41,302 nucleotides of DNA from a virus (taxonomy: Duplodnaviria > Heunggongvirae > Uroviricota > Caudoviricetes). A program made the translations under genes and the position numbers. The notes below the pieces were generated by a model. That model had not been told where the DNA came from and searched no databases. It saw only the letters and a list, made by a program, of their open reading frames with translations. This document shows positions 17,309 through 29,239 of this stretch, piece by piece. Where the stretch lies: the IMG/VR virus record IMGVR_UViG_2802429250_000004. One strand, given 5' to 3'. Positions within the stretch are counted from its first letter, which is position 1. The number at the start of each line of letters is the position of its first letter.

Positions 17309-17667
17309 ACGAATATCAGTTTGTGCTTCCATACCCGCCGTCGGTGAATACCTACTGGCGAAGACGGGGAAACCAATACTACATCAGCGATAAAGGCCAG
17401 AAATACCGAAAAGAAGTTCAGCAAATAATCCGCCAACTCAAGTTAGACATTTTCACCAAATCACGACTCCGCATCAAAGTCATCGCAGACGTTCCAGACT
17501 CCCGCCGCCGCGACCTCGATAACATCCTGAAAGGTTTACTCGACTCTCTTATCCACGCCGGATTTGCGGAAGACGACGAGCAATTCGATGACATTCGCGT
17601 AATTCGTGGTGTGAAAGTACCAGGCGGACGGCTTGGAATAAAAATCACCGAACTGGAGAACGTATGA
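17305..17667 (+). CDS. rusA: RusA Holliday-junction resolvase
   Basis: 120 aa …YPPSVNTYWRRRGNQYYISDKGQKYRKEV…VPDSRRRDLDNILKGLLDSL… with the RusA catalytic Asp cluster. Confidence 0.85.
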   Translation: MNEYQFVLPYPPSVNTYWRRRGNQYYISDKGQKYRKEVQQIIRQLKLDIFTKSRLRIKVIADVPDSRRRDLDNILKGLLDSLIHAGFAEDDEQFDDIRVIRGVKVPGGRLGIKITELENV

Positions 17668-17852
17668 ACGCCACAATTCAAACGATACCAGAGCTTCTTA
17701 TCCAGACACGAGGAAATCAGACCGAAGTGGCGAGGATTCTTTCCTGCGCAAGAGGAACAGTGCTCAAGTACAACCGAGACAGCAAAGGCGAGCGTCACGT
17801 AATAGTTAACGGCGTCCTGATGGTCAAACAGGGCAAGAGGGGAAGACCATGA
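17664..17852 (+). CDS. ninH: NinH
   Basis: 62 aa …YGNQTEVARILSCARGTVLKY…, similar to lambda NinH as recalled. Confidence 0.7.
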   Translation: MNATIQTIPELLIQTRGNQTEVARILSCARGTVLKYNRDSKGERHVIVNGVLMVKQGKRGRP

Positions 17853-18472
17853 GACTCGAAAGCGTAGCTAAATTTCATTCGCCAAAAAGCCCGATGATGA
17901 GCGACTCACCACGGGCCACGGCTTCTGACTCTCTTTCCGGTACTGATGTGATGGCTGCTATGGGGATGGCACAATCACAGGCCGGATTCGGAATGGCTGC
18001 ATTCTGCGGTAAGCATGAACTCAGCCAGAACGACAAACAAAAGGCTATCAACTATCTGATGCAATTTGCACACAAGGTATCGGGGAAATACCGTGGTGTG
18101 GCAAAGCTCGAAGGAAATACTAAGGCAAAGGTGCTGCAAGTGCTCGCAACATTCGCTTATGCGGATTATTGCCGTAGTGCCGCGACGCCGGGCGCAAGAT
18201 GCAGAGATTGCCACGGTACAGGTCGTGCGGTTGATATAGCAAAAACAGAGCAGTGGGGGAGAGTTGTTGAGAAAGAGTGCGGAAGATGCAAAGGCGTCGG
18301 CTATTCCAGGATGCCAGCAAGCGCCGCATATCGCGCTGTAACGATGCTAATCCCAAACCTTACCCAACCCACCTGGTCACGCACTGTTAAGCCGCTGTAT
18401 GACGCTTTGGTGGTGCAATGCCACAAAGAAGAGTCAATCGCAGACAACATTTTGAATGCGGTCACACGTTAA
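17849..18472 (+). CDS. Q: Late-gene antiterminator Q
   Basis: 207 aa MRLESVAKFHSPKSPMMSDSPRATASDSLSGTDVMAAMGMAQSQAGFGMAAFCGKHEL…, which I recognise as essentially lambda Q; followed by lambda-type PR'. Confidence 0.9.
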   Translation: MRLESVAKFHSPKSPMMSDSPRATASDSLSGTDVMAAMGMAQSQAGFGMAAFCGKHELSQNDKQKAINYLMQFAHKVSGKYRGVAKLEGNTKAKVLQVLATFAYADYCRSAATPGARCRDCHGTGRAVDIAKTEQWGRVVEKECGRCKGVGYSRMPASAAYRAVTMLIPNLTQPTWSRTVKPLYDALVVQCHKEESIADNILNAVTR

Positions 18473-18514
18473 CAGCATGATTGCCACGGATGGCAACATA
18501 TTAACGGCATGATA

Positions 18515-18543
18515 TTGACTTATTGAATAAAATTGGGTAAATT
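18515..18543 (+). promoter_or_regulatory. Late promoter PR' (with qut just downstream)
   Basis: -35 TTGACT (18515-18520), 17-bp spacer, -10 TAAATT (18538-18543); flanking sequence matches the lambda PR' region as recalled. Confidence 0.7.
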
Positions 18544-18685
18544 TGACTCAACGATGGGTTAATTCGCTCGTTGTGGTAGTGAGATGAAAAGAGGCGGCGC
18601 TTACTACCGATTCCGCCTAGTTGGTCACTTCGACGTATCGTCTGGAACTCCAACCATCGCAGGCAGAGAGGTCTGCAAAATGCAA

Positions 18686-18743
18686 TCCCGAAACAGTTCG
18701 CAGGTAATAGTTAGAGCCTGCATAACGGTTTCGGGATTTTTTA
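18686..18743 (+). terminator. tR' terminator (3' end of the lambda-type 6S transcript)
   Basis: Stem TCCCGAAAC…GTTTCGGGA followed by TTTTTT at 18737-18742; Q-dependent readthrough site upstream of the lysis genes. Confidence 0.7.
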
Positions 18744-19148
18744 TATCTGCACAACAGGTAAGAGCATTGAGTCGATAATCGTGAAGAGTCGGCGAGCCTG
18801 GTTAGCCAGTGCTCTTTCCGTTGTGCTGAATTAAGCGAATACCGGAAGCAGAACCGGATCACCAAATGCGTACAGGCGTCATCGCCGCCCAGCAACAGCA
18901 CAACCCAAACTGAGCCGTAGCCACTGTCTGTCCTGAATTCATTAGTGATAGTTACGCTGCGGCCTTCTACACATGACCTTCGTGAAAGCGGGTGGCAGGA
19001 GGCTGCGCTAACAACCTCCTGCCGTTTTGCCCGTGCATATCGGTCACGAACAAATCTGATTACTAAACACAGTAGCCTGGATTTGTTCTATCAGTAATCG
19101 ACCTTATTCCTAATTAAATAGAGCAAATCCCCTTATTGGGGGTAAGAC

Positions 19149-19472
19149 ATGAAGATGCCAGAAAAACATGACCTGTTAGCCGCCATTCTCGCGGCAAAGG
19201 AACAAGGCATCGGGGCAATCCTTGCGTTTGCAATGGCGTACCTTCGCGGCAGATATAATGGCGGTGCGTTTACAAAAACAGTAATCGACGCAACGATGTG
19301 CGCCATTATCGCCTGGTTCATTCGTGACCTTCTCGACTTTGCCGGACTAAGTAGCAATCTCGCTTATATAACGAGCGTGTTCATCGGCTACATCGGTACT
19401 GACTCGATTGGTTCGCTTATCAAACGCTTCGCTGCTAAAAAAGCCGGAGTAGAAGATGGTGGAAATCAATAA
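19149..19472 (+). CDS. S: Holin (lambda S, S107/S105 dual start)
   Basis: 107 aa [62 protein letters not shown]…, lambda S-like with the MKM dual-start motif. Confidence 0.9.
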   Translation: MKMPEKHDLLAAILAAKEQGIGAILAFAMAYLRGRYNGGAFTKTVIDATMCAIIAWFIRDLLDFAGLSSNLAYITSVFIGYIGTDSIGSLIKRFAAKKAGVEDGGNQ

Positions 19473-19932
19473 TCAACGTAAGGCGTTCCTCGATATGCTG
19501 GCGTGGTCAGAGGGAACTGATAACGGACGTCAAAAAACCAGAAATCATGGTTATGACGTCATTGTTGGCGGAGAGCTATTCACTGATTACTCCGATCACC
19601 CTCGCAAATTTGTCACGCTAAACCCCAAACTCAAATCAACAGCCGCTGGACGTTACCAGCTTCTTTCCCGTTGGTGGGATGCCTACCGTAAGCAGCTTGG
19701 CCTGAAAGACTTCTCTCCCAAAAGCCAGGACGCTGTGGCATTGCAGCAGATTAAAGAGCGTGGCGCTTTACCGATGATTGATCGCGGTGACATCCGTCAG
19801 GCAATCGACCGTTGCAGCAATATCTGGGCTTCACTGCCTGGCGCTGGTTATGGTCAGTTCGAGCATAAGGTTGACAACCTGATTGCAAAATTCAAAGAAG
19901 CGGGCGGAACGGTCAGAGAGATTGAGGTATGA
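19456..19932 (+). CDS. R: Endolysin (lambda R lytic transglycosylase)
   Basis: 158 aa [51 protein letters not shown]…, lambda R-like. Confidence 0.9.
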   Translation: MVEINNQRKAFLDMLAWSEGTDNGRQKTRNHGYDVIVGGELFTDYSDHPRKFVTLNPKLKSTAAGRYQLLSRWWDAYRKQLGLKDFSPKSQDAVALQQIKERGALPMIDRGDIRQAIDRCSNIWASLPGAGYGQFEHKVDNLIAKFKEAGGTVREIEV

Positions 19933-20366
19933 GCAGAGTAACCGCGATTATCTCCGCTCTGGTTATCTGCATCATCGTCTGTCTGTCATGGGCTGTTAAT
20001 CATTACCGTGATAACGCAATCGCCTACAAAGAACAGCGCGATAAGGCCACATCCACAATCGCTGACATGCAGAAGCGTCAACGTGACGTAGCAGAACTCG
20101 ATGCCAGATATACAAAGGAGCTTGCTGATGCTAACGCGACTATCGAAAGTCTCCGTGCTGATGTTTCTGCTGGTCGTAAGCGCCTGCAAGTCGCCGCCAC
20201 CTGTGCAAAGTCAACGACCGGAGCCAGCAGCATGGGCGATGGAGAAAGTCCAAGACTTACAGCAGATGCTGAACTCAATTATTACCGTCTCCGAAGCGGA
20301 ATCGACAGGATAACCGCGCAGGTTAACTACCTGCAGGAGTACATCAGGACGCAATGCCTGAAATAA
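19929..20366 (+). CDS. Rz: i-spanin Rz
   Basis: 145 aa with an N-terminal TM segment ([18 protein letters not shown]) and a coiled-coil periplasmic domain; overlaps the R stop. Confidence 0.8.
   Translation: MSRVTAIISALVICIIVCLSWAVNHYRDNAIAYKEQRDKATSTIADMQKRQRDVAELDARYTKELADANATIESLRADVSAGRKRLQVAATCAKSTTGASSMGDGESPRLTADAELNYYRLRSGIDRITAQVNYLQEYIRTQCLK
20128..20313 (+). CDS. Rz1: o-spanin Rz1 (lipoprotein embedded in Rz, +1 frame)
   Basis: ATG at 20128 with AAGGAG RBS; signal peptide plus lipobox-like LLVVSAC and a Pro-rich mature region ([16 protein letters not shown]…); fully inside Rz. Confidence 0.7.
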   Translation: MLTRLSKVSVLMFLLVVSACKSPPPVQSQRPEPAAWAMEKVQDLQQMLNSIITVSEAESTG

Positions 20367-20429
20367 TTTTTTTGCAAATCACAAAGTCAATTTAATGAGC
20401 CTCGCGATGCGGGGCTTTTTGCAATAAAT

Positions 20430-20457
20430 GCGTACCGCAACGCATGTTTTTTACACC
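20430..20457 (+). terminator. Intrinsic terminator after the lysis cassette
   Basis: Perfect 6-bp stem ATGCGT/ACGCAT with loop ACCGCA followed by GTTTTTTA. Confidence 0.45.
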
Positions 20458-20567
20458 GAACCGGCCCCTTTGGAATGGGCCTTTGAGGATACCAGTTAGT
20501 GCTGGCGAGCCTCGGTGGGCTGGTTTCCTGTGCGGCAAAGGTTCATTTCAAAGAGTAGGTACACGCT

Positions 20568-21002
20568 ATGAAATCATTAACCCTCTTCAATCAACCAATT
20601 CGTATCGGTGAAGATGGCATGATCTGCCTCACTGATATGTGGAAAGCCAGTGGTAAAAGTGAATCTGAATCTCCGTACCACTACCTGCGAAACAAGCAGA
20701 CCAAAGAGTTCTTAGCCGAGCTGGAGAAAAACCACGAATCTGTGGTTTTTACTGAGCGCGGTGTACACGGTGGAACATATGGCGGGAAGTTTGTTGCTTA
20801 TGATTATGCAGCATGGCTAAACCCCGGATTTAAATATGCAGCCTATAAAGTCCTGGATGACTACTTCACCGGAGAACTTCAGCATCGCAACAGCTTAAGT
20901 GCGCAGCTCAATATGAAGTGTCATGAGTTTGATCAGAAAAAAGATATGGCGAGCAGCTGCGCCTCAACGGCTGTGTCAATCATCACTTTGTTAGCTACAT
21001 GA
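20568..21002 (+). CDS. KilA-N domain protein (late-region moron)
   Basis: 144 aa with …ERGVHGGTYGGKFVAYDYAAWLNPGFKYAAY… resembling the KilA-N/APSES core; ORF may be C-terminally truncated by a frameshift. Confidence 0.55.
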   Translation: MKSLTLFNQPIRIGEDGMICLTDMWKASGKSESESPYHYLRNKQTKEFLAELEKNHESVVFTERGVHGGTYGGKFVAYDYAAWLNPGFKYAAYKVLDDYFTGELQHRNSLSAQLNMKCHEFDQKKDMASSCASTAVSIITLLAT

Positions 21003-21311
21003 TGCGGAACTCGATCATGCAGGCATTCATGGACATGGCAAAAGCCGAGAGGAAAGAAGAGCGCCGGCGTAAGCGAGCGGAAGCAAAAGCGAAGTAGCCA
21101 TTACAAAGCCCATCTACTGGTGGGCTTGATAATGAAACCGAAATTTATTCTGGGCAACCAGTTACGGCAGTACCGCGAAACAACCCAAGCCAGTAAGCGG
21201 GGAAATAACACTGGCAGCCACTGAAAGATGAACCTCCTGCCTTATGGCAAAAAAAGATTCTTTGTGGTGGCGGACTGATGGAAAGACATCCGCTGAATCG
21301 ATAACGAACAA

Positions 21312-21506
21312 GTGGAAGAGGTTGCGATGTTTTCCGTAAACAAAGACAAAGACCAGAAGGGAGGCGTTGAATACATCACTGGTGCCGATGGTGTGAAAAG
21401 GCCAATGGCTTATTACAAAGCGGCTGAAGAGAGGGCAAGAATGGAAAATACCCCTAAATGCGGATCATTTTTCGACATGCTGAACCTTCAACAATGGAAG
21501 TTGTGA
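21312..21506 (+). CDS. Hypothetical small protein
   Basis: 64-aa ORF followed by a hairpin plus T-run at about 21517-21540. Confidence 0.35.
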   Translation: MEEVAMFSVNKDKDQKGGVEYITGADGVKRPMAYYKAAEERARMENTPKCGSFFDMLNLQQWKL

Positions 21507-22092
21507 ACAACTAGCAGGTCGCTCAGGCGGCCTTTTTTATTGCCATCACAAAAGCCATTCCCTACAGAGTGGCTTTGATAATGGCTTATACCCTACACGG
21601 GATAACTTAACTGATATCCCTTTTAACGGATAAACGGAGCCAACAATGGCAGAGATTATTCCCATGACTGAAGAACAGAAATTCCAGCTAGAGATTTACA
21701 AACTGGTCATGAACCAGAACGCAGCCGCAGAAGAAGCATTTCAATTCATTGGCACTGACTAGCTGAAGCTTGAGCTATTCAAAATTCACTTCCAGTCAGG
21801 CGGCGCTAATTCGGATATCACGACCCGCACTATCGAAGCGGTGCGTAAATCGAAGGAAGCGTTAGACCTGTTCACTACCGGAGCATGATGTGATCCGTGT
21901 AATCAATTTGGGTAAGGAGAAGAAATTCCCAATTACTCAAGAGCTTTATGAGCGGCTGGAAAGCGTCATTCATGATTACGATGGTGAAATCAGTTTATGC
22001 GAGGCGATTGGCACACTCGAATTGCTGAAGCAGTCACTGATTGAAAGCGCGAAAGAGTCCTCAACCTGAAATGACAATTAAGTGAGATGAAT

Positions 22093-22581
22093 ATGGCAGC
22101 ACCAAAGGGCAACCGATTTTGGGAGGCCCGCAGTAGCCATGGGCGAAATCCTAAATTCGAATCGCCTGAGGCGCTGTGGGCTGCTTGTTGTGAATACTTC
22201 GAGTGGGCTGATGATAACCCGCTATGGGAGGGTAAGGTATTTTCATATCAGGGAGAAATAATTAAGGCTAATGTCCCTAAGATGCGAGCCATGACTATTT
22301 CAGGATTGTGTACCTTCCTTGATATCACCAGGCAAACATGGGGAACCTTCCGGTCAATGGAAGGTTTTTCTGACGTCACATCACGAGCGGAAGACATCAT
22401 CTACGACCAGAAATTCTCTGGCGCAGCCGCTGACCTTCTCAACGCTAACATCATCGCCCGTGATTTGGGCCTCAAAGAGCAGTCGCAAGTTGAAGACGTG
22501 ACACCTGATAAGGGAGATCGCGATAAGCGGCGCTCTCGTATCAAGGAGCTATTCAACCGTGGAACTGGACGCGATTCTTGA
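22093..22581 (+). CDS. gp3: Terminase small subunit (P22 gp3-like)
   Basis: 162 aa from [47 protein letters not shown]…; matches P22 gp3 in sequence and length as recalled. Confidence 0.8.
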   Translation: MAAPKGNRFWEARSSHGRNPKFESPEALWAACCEYFEWADDNPLWEGKVFSYQGEIIKANVPKMRAMTISGLCTFLDITRQTWGTFRSMEGFSDVTSRAEDIIYDQKFSGAAADLLNANIIARDLGLKEQSQVEDVTPDKGDRDKRRSRIKELFNRGTGRDS

Positions 22582-24058
22582 TAACCTGAGCGACGAAGAG
22601 CAAATCGAGTTGCTCGAGCTACTCGAAGAAGAAGAGAACTACCGGAACACACACCTGCTATATGAATTTACGCCATACAGCAAACAGCGTGAGTTCATCG
22701 ACGCCGGGCATGACTACCCAGAGCGATGTTTTATGGCTGGTAACCAGCTTGGTAAGTCATTTACTGGTGCTGCTGAAGTCGCGTTTCACCTTACCGGGCG
22801 TTATCCGGGAACAAAAGGCTATCCGGCTGATGGTAAATATGGCGGGGAGTGGAAAGGTAAGCGTTTCTATGAGCCTGTTGTCTTCTGGATTGGTGGCGAG
22901 ACAAACGAGACTGTAACCAAAACGACTCAACGCATCCTGTGCGGTCGTATCGAAGAGAATGATGAGCCTGGCTACGGTTCCATACCGAAAGAGGACATCA
23001 TTAGCTGGAAGAAGTCTCCTTTCTTTCCGAACCTTGTTGATCATCTTCTGGTTAAGCATCACACGGCTGATGGCGTTGAAGATGGCATTTCAATCTGCTA
23101 CTTCAAACCATACTCGCAAGGCCGCGCTCGCTGGCAGGGTGACACAATCCACGGCGTGTGGTTTGACGAAGAACCACCATACAGCATTTATGGCGAAGGC
23201 CTTACCCGTACCAACAAATACGGGCAATTCTCAATTCTGACGTTTACCCCGCTGATGGGGATGTCTGACGTTGTTACCAAGTTCCTGAAGAACCCCAGCA
23301 AGTCGCAGAAAGTGGTCAACATGACCATCTATGACGCTGAGCACTATACCGACGAGCAGAAAGAGCAAATCATCGCATCCTATCCAGAGCATGAGAGAGA
23401 GGCGCGTGCTCGCGGTATTCCTACGATGGGTAGCGGTCGAATCTTCCAGATACCGGAAGAGACGATTAAGTGTCAGCCGTTCGAGTGTCCGGATCACTTC
23501 TACGTAATTGGCGGGATGGATTTCGGATGGGATCACCCACAGGCGCAGGTTCAGCTTTGGTGGGATAAGGACGCAGACATAATCTACCTTTCACGCGTGT
23601 GGAAGGCGAAAGAAAAGACAGCTGTTCAGGCGTGGGGAGCCGTTAAACCATGGGCGCATAAAGTGCCAACCGCATGGCCCCATGACGGAAACCAGCACGA
23701 GAAGGGCGGCGGTGAGCAGCTCAAAGGGCAGTATGCGGACGCTGGATTTATGATGTTGCAGGAGCATGCGACATGGCCTGATGGCGGTAATGCTGTTGAG
23801 CCTGGAATCACTGAATTGCGCGACATGATGCTAGATGGTCGCTTCAAGGTATTCAACACCTGTGAACCATTCTTTGAGGAATTCCGCCTCTATCACCGTG
23901 ATGAAAACGGGAAAATCGTCAAGCTTAACGACGACGTGCTATCCGCCGTTCGCTATGCATACATGATGCGCCGCTTCGCCAAAATGATGCGCGACATCAA
24001 AAAACCAAAAGAGAAAAAGATACCAGCCCCAATCAGGCCCATCGCACGGAGAACTTAA
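22559..24058 (+). CDS. gp2: Terminase large subunit (P22 gp2-like)
   Basis: 499 aa (GTG start, AAGGAG RBS) [37 protein letters not shown]…; P22 gp2 length and N-terminus as recalled; overlaps the gp3 3' end. Confidence 0.9.
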   Translation: MELDAILDNLSDEEQIELLELLEEEENYRNTHLLYEFTPYSKQREFIDAGHDYPERCFMAGNQLGKSFTGAAEVAFHLTGRYPGTKGYPADGKYGGEWKGKRFYEPVVFWIGGETNETVTKTTQRILCGRIEENDEPGYGSIPKEDIISWKKSPFFPNLVDHLLVKHHTADGVEDGISICYFKPYSQGRARWQGDTIHGVWFDEEPPYSIYGEGLTRTNKYGQFSILTFTPLMGMSDVVTKFLKNPSKSQKVVNMTIYDAEHYTDEQKEQIIASYPEHEREARARGIPTMGSGRIFQIPEETIKCQPFECPDHFYVIGGMDFGWDHPQAQVQLWWDKDADIIYLSRVWKAKEKTAVQAWGAVKPWAHKVPTAWPHDGNQHEKGGGEQLKGQYADAGFMMLQEHATWPDGGNAVEPGITELRDMMLDGRFKVFNTCEPFFEEFRLYHRDENGKIVKLNDDVLSAVRYAYMMRRFAKMMRDIKKPKEKKIPAPIRPIARRT

Positions 24059-26224
24059 ATGGCCGACGAAAACAGACTCAATTCCATTCTGTGTAAGTTT
24101 GACGCGGACTGGATGGCGAGCGATGAAGCCAGAACCGAGGCGACAAATGACCTGTATTTTAGCCGAGTGTCGCAATGGGATGACTGGCTATCAAACTACA
24201 CGACCCTGCAATATCGCGGACAATTCGATGTTGTTCGCCCGGTGGTCAGGAAACTTGTCGCAGAGATGCGACGGAACCCTATCGACGTTCTCTTCCGACC
24301 CAAAGACGGCGCTAATCCTGATGCAGCCGATGTGTTGATGGGGATGTATCGTACTGATATGCGCCATAACACGGCAAAAATTGCCGTTAACGTTGGCGTT
24401 CGTGAGCAGATAGAGTCCGGTGTTGGTGCATGGCGTCTGGTCACGCAGTACGAAGACAACGATCCAACAAGCAACAATCAGGTAATCCGACGCCTGCCAA
24501 TCCATGAAGCCTGCTCACACGTCATATGGGACGCCAACAGCAAGCAGATGGATAAGAGCGACGCTAAGCACTGCACGGTGATTAACGCCTTGTCACGCAA
24601 TGGCTGGAAAGAGTTCGCAGAGGATTACGGTATTGATCCTGACACGCTGCCATCTTTCCAGAATCCAAACGATACATGGCTGTTTCCGTGGGTATCGAAT
24701 GATGTCGTCTACGTCGCTGAGTATTACGAGGTAGAAGAGAAGAAAGAGAAAGTCTTCATCTACCGCGACCCGCTGACAGGTGAGCCGGTCAGCTATTACC
24801 AGCAGGATATCAAAGACGTCATCGACGACCTAGCTAATCGTGGATTCATTAAGGTAGCAGAGCGCAAGGTGAAGCGTCGGCGTGTGTATAAGTCGATCAT
24901 CACCTGCACGCAGATACTGAAAGACCGCGAGAAGATAGCCGGAGAGCATATTCCAATCGTTCCAGTGTATGGCGAATGGTCATTCGCTGGTGACAAGGAG
25001 TGCTACGAAGGAGTGGTAAGGCTGACGAAAGACGGTCAGCGCCTTCGTAACATGATCATGTCATTCAACGCCGATATTGTTGCTCGTTCACCGAAGAAGA
25101 AACCGACCTTCTTCCCTGAGCAAATCGAAGGCTACGAATACATGTACGGTGGAAATGATGACTATCCGTACTATCTGCAGAACAGGACCGATGAAAACGG
25201 TAACGACCTGCCGATTGGTCCAATCTCCTACATGGAAAACCCTGAAGTGCCGCAAGCCAACGCTTACATGCTTGAGGCAGCCACCAACGCAGTGAAAGAG
25301 GTGGCTAGTCTTGGCGTTGATGCGCAGGCGGCAAATGGTCAGGTCGCTTTCGATACCGTCAATCAACTGAACATGCGGGCAGACCTTGAGACATACGTGT
25401 TTCAGGATAACCTGGCTACCGCAATGCGACGTGATGGCGAGATTTATGCCTCAATGGTCAACGATATTTATGACGTTCCTCGTCATGTAACGCTGACACT
25501 TGAAGATGGAAGCGAGAAAGACGTTCAACTCTATGCGCAAGTTGTCGATTATCAGTCCGGCAATGTGGTCACACTCAACGACATTCGCGGTCGCTATGAG
25601 TGCTATACGGACGTTGGGCCATCCTTCCAGAGCATGAAGGAACAGAATCGCGCAGAGATTCAGGAGTTGCTAACCAAGGTTCCGCAAGGTACTCCAGAGT
25701 TCCAGATGCTGATGCTGCAATACTTCACGCTGCTTGACGGTAAAGGCGTCGAGATGATGCGAGAGTACGCGAACAAGCAACTGGTGATGATGGGGCTGAA
25801 GAAACCAGAAACACCTGAAGAGATGGAGATGGTGCAGCAGGCACAACAACAGCCGCAGCAGCCATCAGCAGAGCAAATTCAGGCGCAGGGTATCCTTCTG
25901 CAAGGTCAGGCTGAATTGCTCAAGGCAGAGAACCAACAGGCGCAGATTCAGGTTGAAGCGGCCAAGGTTGAAGCCCAAAACCAACTCAACGCCGCGAAGA
26001 TTGCAGAAATCTTCAACAATATGGACCTCGACAAGCAGGCAGAACTGCGTGAGTACCTCAAGCTCGTAGGTCAATTCCAGCAACAGCGCAGCAAAGATGC
26101 TCGTGCTAACGCTGAGCTGCTTCTTAAAGATGCAGACCAGACTCATTCACAACGCATGGATTTCGCGAATCTTATGCGTCAAGTTCAAATCCCCTCCGGC
26201 GGAGTAGCCGAGACACCTCAATAA
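24059..26224 (+). CDS. gp1: Portal protein (P22 gp1-like)
   Basis: 721 aa directly after the large terminase; Gln-rich C-terminal coiled-coil barrel (…[18 protein letters not shown]…) typical of the P22 portal. Confidence 0.9.
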   Translation: MADENRLNSILCKFDADWMASDEARTEATNDLYFSRVSQWDDWLSNYTTLQYRGQFDVVRPVVRKLVAEMRRNPIDVLFRPKDGANPDAADVLMGMYRTDMRHNTAKIAVNVGVREQIESGVGAWRLVTQYEDNDPTSNNQVIRRLPIHEACSHVIWDANSKQMDKSDAKHCTVINALSRNGWKEFAEDYGIDPDTLPSFQNPNDTWLFPWVSNDVVYVAEYYEVEEKKEKVFIYRDPLTGEPVSYYQQDIKDVIDDLANRGFIKVAERKVKRRRVYKSIITCTQILKDREKIAGEHIPIVPVYGEWSFAGDKECYEGVVRLTKDGQRLRNMIMSFNADIVARSPKKKPTFFPEQIEGYEYMYGGNDDYPYYLQNRTDENGNDLPIGPISYMENPEVPQANAYMLEAATNAVKEVASLGVDAQAANGQVAFDTVNQLNMRADLETYVFQDNLATAMRRDGEIYASMVNDIYDVPRHVTLTLEDGSEKDVQLYAQVVDYQSGNVVTLNDIRGRYECYTDVGPSFQSMKEQNRAEIQELLTKVPQGTPEFQMLMLQYFTLLDGKGVEMMREYANKQLVMMGLKKPETPEEMEMVQQAQQQPQQPSAEQIQAQGILLQGQAELLKAENQQAQIQVEAAKVEAQNQLNAAKIAEIFNNMDLDKQAELREYLKLVGQFQQQRSKDARANAELLLKDADQTHSQRMDFANLMRQVQIPSGGVAETPQ

Positions 26225-26237
26225 GAGAGAGTTAATC

Positions 26238-27149
26238 ATGGAACAAACCACCGACATTCAGGCTTCTGAAGAATTAACCCTGCCCGGCAATCATGCAGCG
26301 GCATCTGCTGATGGCTTAGTTGTCGATAATGCCAACGACATCGCAGGTCAGGAAGAAGGCTTCGAGATTGTCCTGAAAGACGATGAGAAACCAAAACAAG
26401 ACCCGGCAACTAATGCTGAATTTGCCCGTCGCCGCATCGAACGCAAACGCCAGCGTGAGCTTGAGCAGCAGATGGAAGCGGTTAAGCGTGGAGAGTTGCC
26501 GGAGCACCTGCGGGTGAACCCTGAGTTACCAAAACAACCAGACCCTAACGATTATCTTTCCGAAGATGCACTGGCTAAGTACGACTATGACCAGAGCCGC
26601 GCACTGGCTGCCTTCCAGCAGGCAAACAGTGAATGGCAGATCAAGGCTATGGACGCACGAAGCCAGGCTGTCGCCGAGCAGGGTCGCAAAACTCAGGAGT
26701 TCACCCAGCAATCAGCGCAATACGTCGAGGCAGCCCGTAAGCACTACGACGCAGCGGAAAAGCTCAATATCCCTGACTATCAGGAGAAAGAGGACGCATT
26801 CATGCAACTGGTGCCGCCAGCAGTCGGTGCCGACATCATGCGCCTCTTCCCGGAGAAATCCGCTGCTCTCATGTATCACCTTGGTGCTAATCCTGAGAAA
26901 ACACGCCAGTTGCTGGCGATGGACGGGCAATCCGCGCTGATTGAACTCACTCGACTGTCAGAACGTTTAACTCTCAAGCCTAGAGCCAAGCCTGTTTCAG
27001 AAGCCCCGTTACCTGATGAACCCATTCAGGGACACGCTGTTGCTGCAAATATCTCTGCGATTGAAAAGCAGATGGAGGCGGCAGCAAACAAAGGGGATGT
27101 AGAGACGTACCGCAAGCTCAAGGCGCAACTGAATAAAGGAATTCGATAA
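26238..27149 (+). CDS. gp8: Scaffolding protein (P22 gp8-like)
   Basis: 303 aa (same length as P22 gp8), charged and helical; between portal and coat. Confidence 0.85.
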   Translation: MEQTTDIQASEELTLPGNHAAASADGLVVDNANDIAGQEEGFEIVLKDDEKPKQDPATNAEFARRRIERKRQRELEQQMEAVKRGELPEHLRVNPELPKQPDPNDYLSEDALAKYDYDQSRALAAFQQANSEWQIKAMDARSQAVAEQGRKTQEFTQQSAQYVEAARKHYDAAEKLNIPDYQEKEDAFMQLVPPAVGADIMRLFPEKSAALMYHLGANPEKTRQLLAMDGQSALIELTRLSERLTLKPRAKPVSEAPLPDEPIQGHAVAANISAIEKQMEAAANKGDVETYRKLKAQLNKGIR

Positions 27150-28444
27150 TGGCATTAAATGAAGGTCAACTGGTCACGTATGCTCTGGATGAAATCATCG
27201 AAACCGTCCAGAACCTGACGCCAATGGCGTCCAAAGTGACAAAATACACCCCTCCGGCAGAATCCATGCAGCGTTCAAGCAACACCGTGTGGATGCCTGT
27301 TGAGCAGGAAGCGCCAACCCAGACTGGCTGGGATTTAACTGGCAACGCAACCGGGATTCTGGAACTCTCCGTGAAATGCAACATGGGCGATCCGGATAAC
27401 GATTTCTTCGAGCTTCGTGCAGATGACCTGCGTGATGAGCGTTCTTACCGTCGCCGAATCCAGGCATCCGCCAAAAAACTGGCGAATAACATTGAGTCAG
27501 CGATTGCCAAACAGGCAACTGAAATGGGCTCGCTTGTTGTTCACGATACCCGCGCAATTGGTCCATCTACTGGCCTGTCTGGCTGGGATTTTGTGTCTGA
27601 TGCAGAGCGCCTGATGTTCTCACGTGAGCTAAACCGCGATATGGGCATCAGTTACTTCCTGAACCCTGACGATTACCGCAAAGCAGGCCGCAACCTGGTA
27701 GATGGTGACATCTTTGGGCGCGTTCCTGAAGAAGCGTATCGCAACGGTACCATTCAGCGTCAGATTGCTGGCTTTGATGAAATTCTTCGCTCACCGAAAC
27801 TTCCGGCAGTTACCAAGTCAACCGCTACTGGTGTAACTGTTTCTGGTGCGCAGAAGTTTAAGCCGCAGGCATACACTCTTGATACCGATGGTAACAAAGA
27901 GAACGTCGACAACCGTGTTGCAACGGTGACCGTATCCTCCACCACCGGATTTAAGCGCGGCGACAAAATCAGTTTCACTGGTGTGAAATTCCTGTCTCAG
28001 ATGGCGAAGAACGTGCTAACTGATGATGCGACTTTCTCAATCACCCGTGTGATCGATGGTACTCACATCGAAATCACGCCGAAACCGATTGCACTGGATG
28101 ACGCGTCACTGACAAAAGAAGAGAAGGCTTACGCTAACGTAAACACCTCTCTTGCTGATACCACTCCGGTAAACGTTCTGAACGTGGCAACAACCACCGC
28201 TAACGTGTTCTGGGCTGATGACTCAATCCGCCTGCTGTCTCAGCCGATCCCGGTAACCCATGAACTGTTTGCTGGCATGAAAACGTCTTCCTTCAGCATT
28301 CCTGGTATTGGTGTTAACGGCATCTTCGCAACGCAGGGTGATATCAACACTCTGTCTGGTAAGTGCCGTATTGCTGTGTGGTATTCAGCATGTGCTGTAC
28401 GACCAGAGGCAATTGGTGTTGGTCTGCCTAACCAGACCGCGTGA
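27149..28444 (+). CDS. gp5: Major coat protein (P22 gp5-like)
   Basis: 431 aa [54 protein letters not shown]…, recognisably P22 coat-like with moderate divergence. Confidence 0.9.
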   Translation: MALNEGQLVTYALDEIIETVQNLTPMASKVTKYTPPAESMQRSSNTVWMPVEQEAPTQTGWDLTGNATGILELSVKCNMGDPDNDFFELRADDLRDERSYRRRIQASAKKLANNIESAIAKQATEMGSLVVHDTRAIGPSTGLSGWDFVSDAERLMFSRELNRDMGISYFLNPDDYRKAGRNLVDGDIFGRVPEEAYRNGTIQRQIAGFDEILRSPKLPAVTKSTATGVTVSGAQKFKPQAYTLDTDGNKENVDNRVATVTVSSTTGFKRGDKISFTGVKFLSQMAKNVLTDDATFSITRVIDGTHIEITPKPIALDDASLTKEEKAYANVNTSLADTTPVNVLNVATTTANVFWADDSIRLLSQPIPVTHELFAGMKTSSFSIPGIGVNGIFATQGDINTLSGKCRIAVWYSACAVRPEAIGVGLPNQTA

Positions 28445-28451
28445 TAACCAG

Positions 28452-28475
28452 AGGGAGCTTCGGCTCCCTTTTTTA
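28452..28475 (+). terminator. Intrinsic terminator just after the coat gene
   Basis: Stem GGGAGC/GCTCCC with loop TTCG followed by TTTTTT, 8 nt after the coat stop. Confidence 0.6.
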
Positions 28476-28488
28476 TCTGGAGACAAGC

Positions 28489-28738
<250 letters not shown>

Positions 28739-28761
<23 letters not shown>

Positions 28762-29239
28762 TTTAGTTCTTGCGGCATTACGTAAGCTCGGTGTGGCATC
28801 AAATGCCACGTTAACCGATGTCGAACCTCAGTCCATGGAAGATGGTGTCAATGACCTTGAAATGATGATGGCGGAATGGCTTGGCGCTGATGCGTCACCA
28901 GGTATCAACGTTGGCTACATTTTCGCTGATGCAGATGTCGCTCCAGATCCGGGCGATGAGCACGGTTTATCAAATAACGCTATCAATGCCGTCATTTTCA
29001 ACCTTGCCTGCCGCATTGCTCCGGATTATGCGCTGGAAGCGTCAGCAAAACTTATAACCACTGCCAGATACGGGAAAGAGCGACTCGTCAAACTGTCTGC
29101 AATGGACAGAGCAAAAGCCGCTAAATGTAAGTCCGGTTATCCAAACCGTATGCCTGTTGGTAGCGGTAATCAGTTGGCGAAGTGGAACGGTTGGAATTAC
29201 TTCCACCGGAAGGAACCTTGCGATAACGGGAGCGAATAA
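28739..29239 (+). CDS. gp4: Tail accessory/head-completion protein (P22 gp4-like)
   Basis: 166 aa from [47 protein letters not shown]…, matching P22 gp4 in length and sequence as recalled; the in-frame QS-repeat extension upstream is not taken as coding. Confidence 0.8.

Noticed and set aside
18584-18778. 64-aa ORF in the PR'-tR' region
   Set aside because: Overlaps the lambda-type 6S leader and tR' terminator, a known non-coding regulatory region.
20400-20560. Structured GC-rich intergenic segment after Rz, examined as a possible tRNA or sRNA
   Set aside because: No cloverleaf or T-arm consensus; better explained as tandem terminator hairpins plus a moron promoter region.
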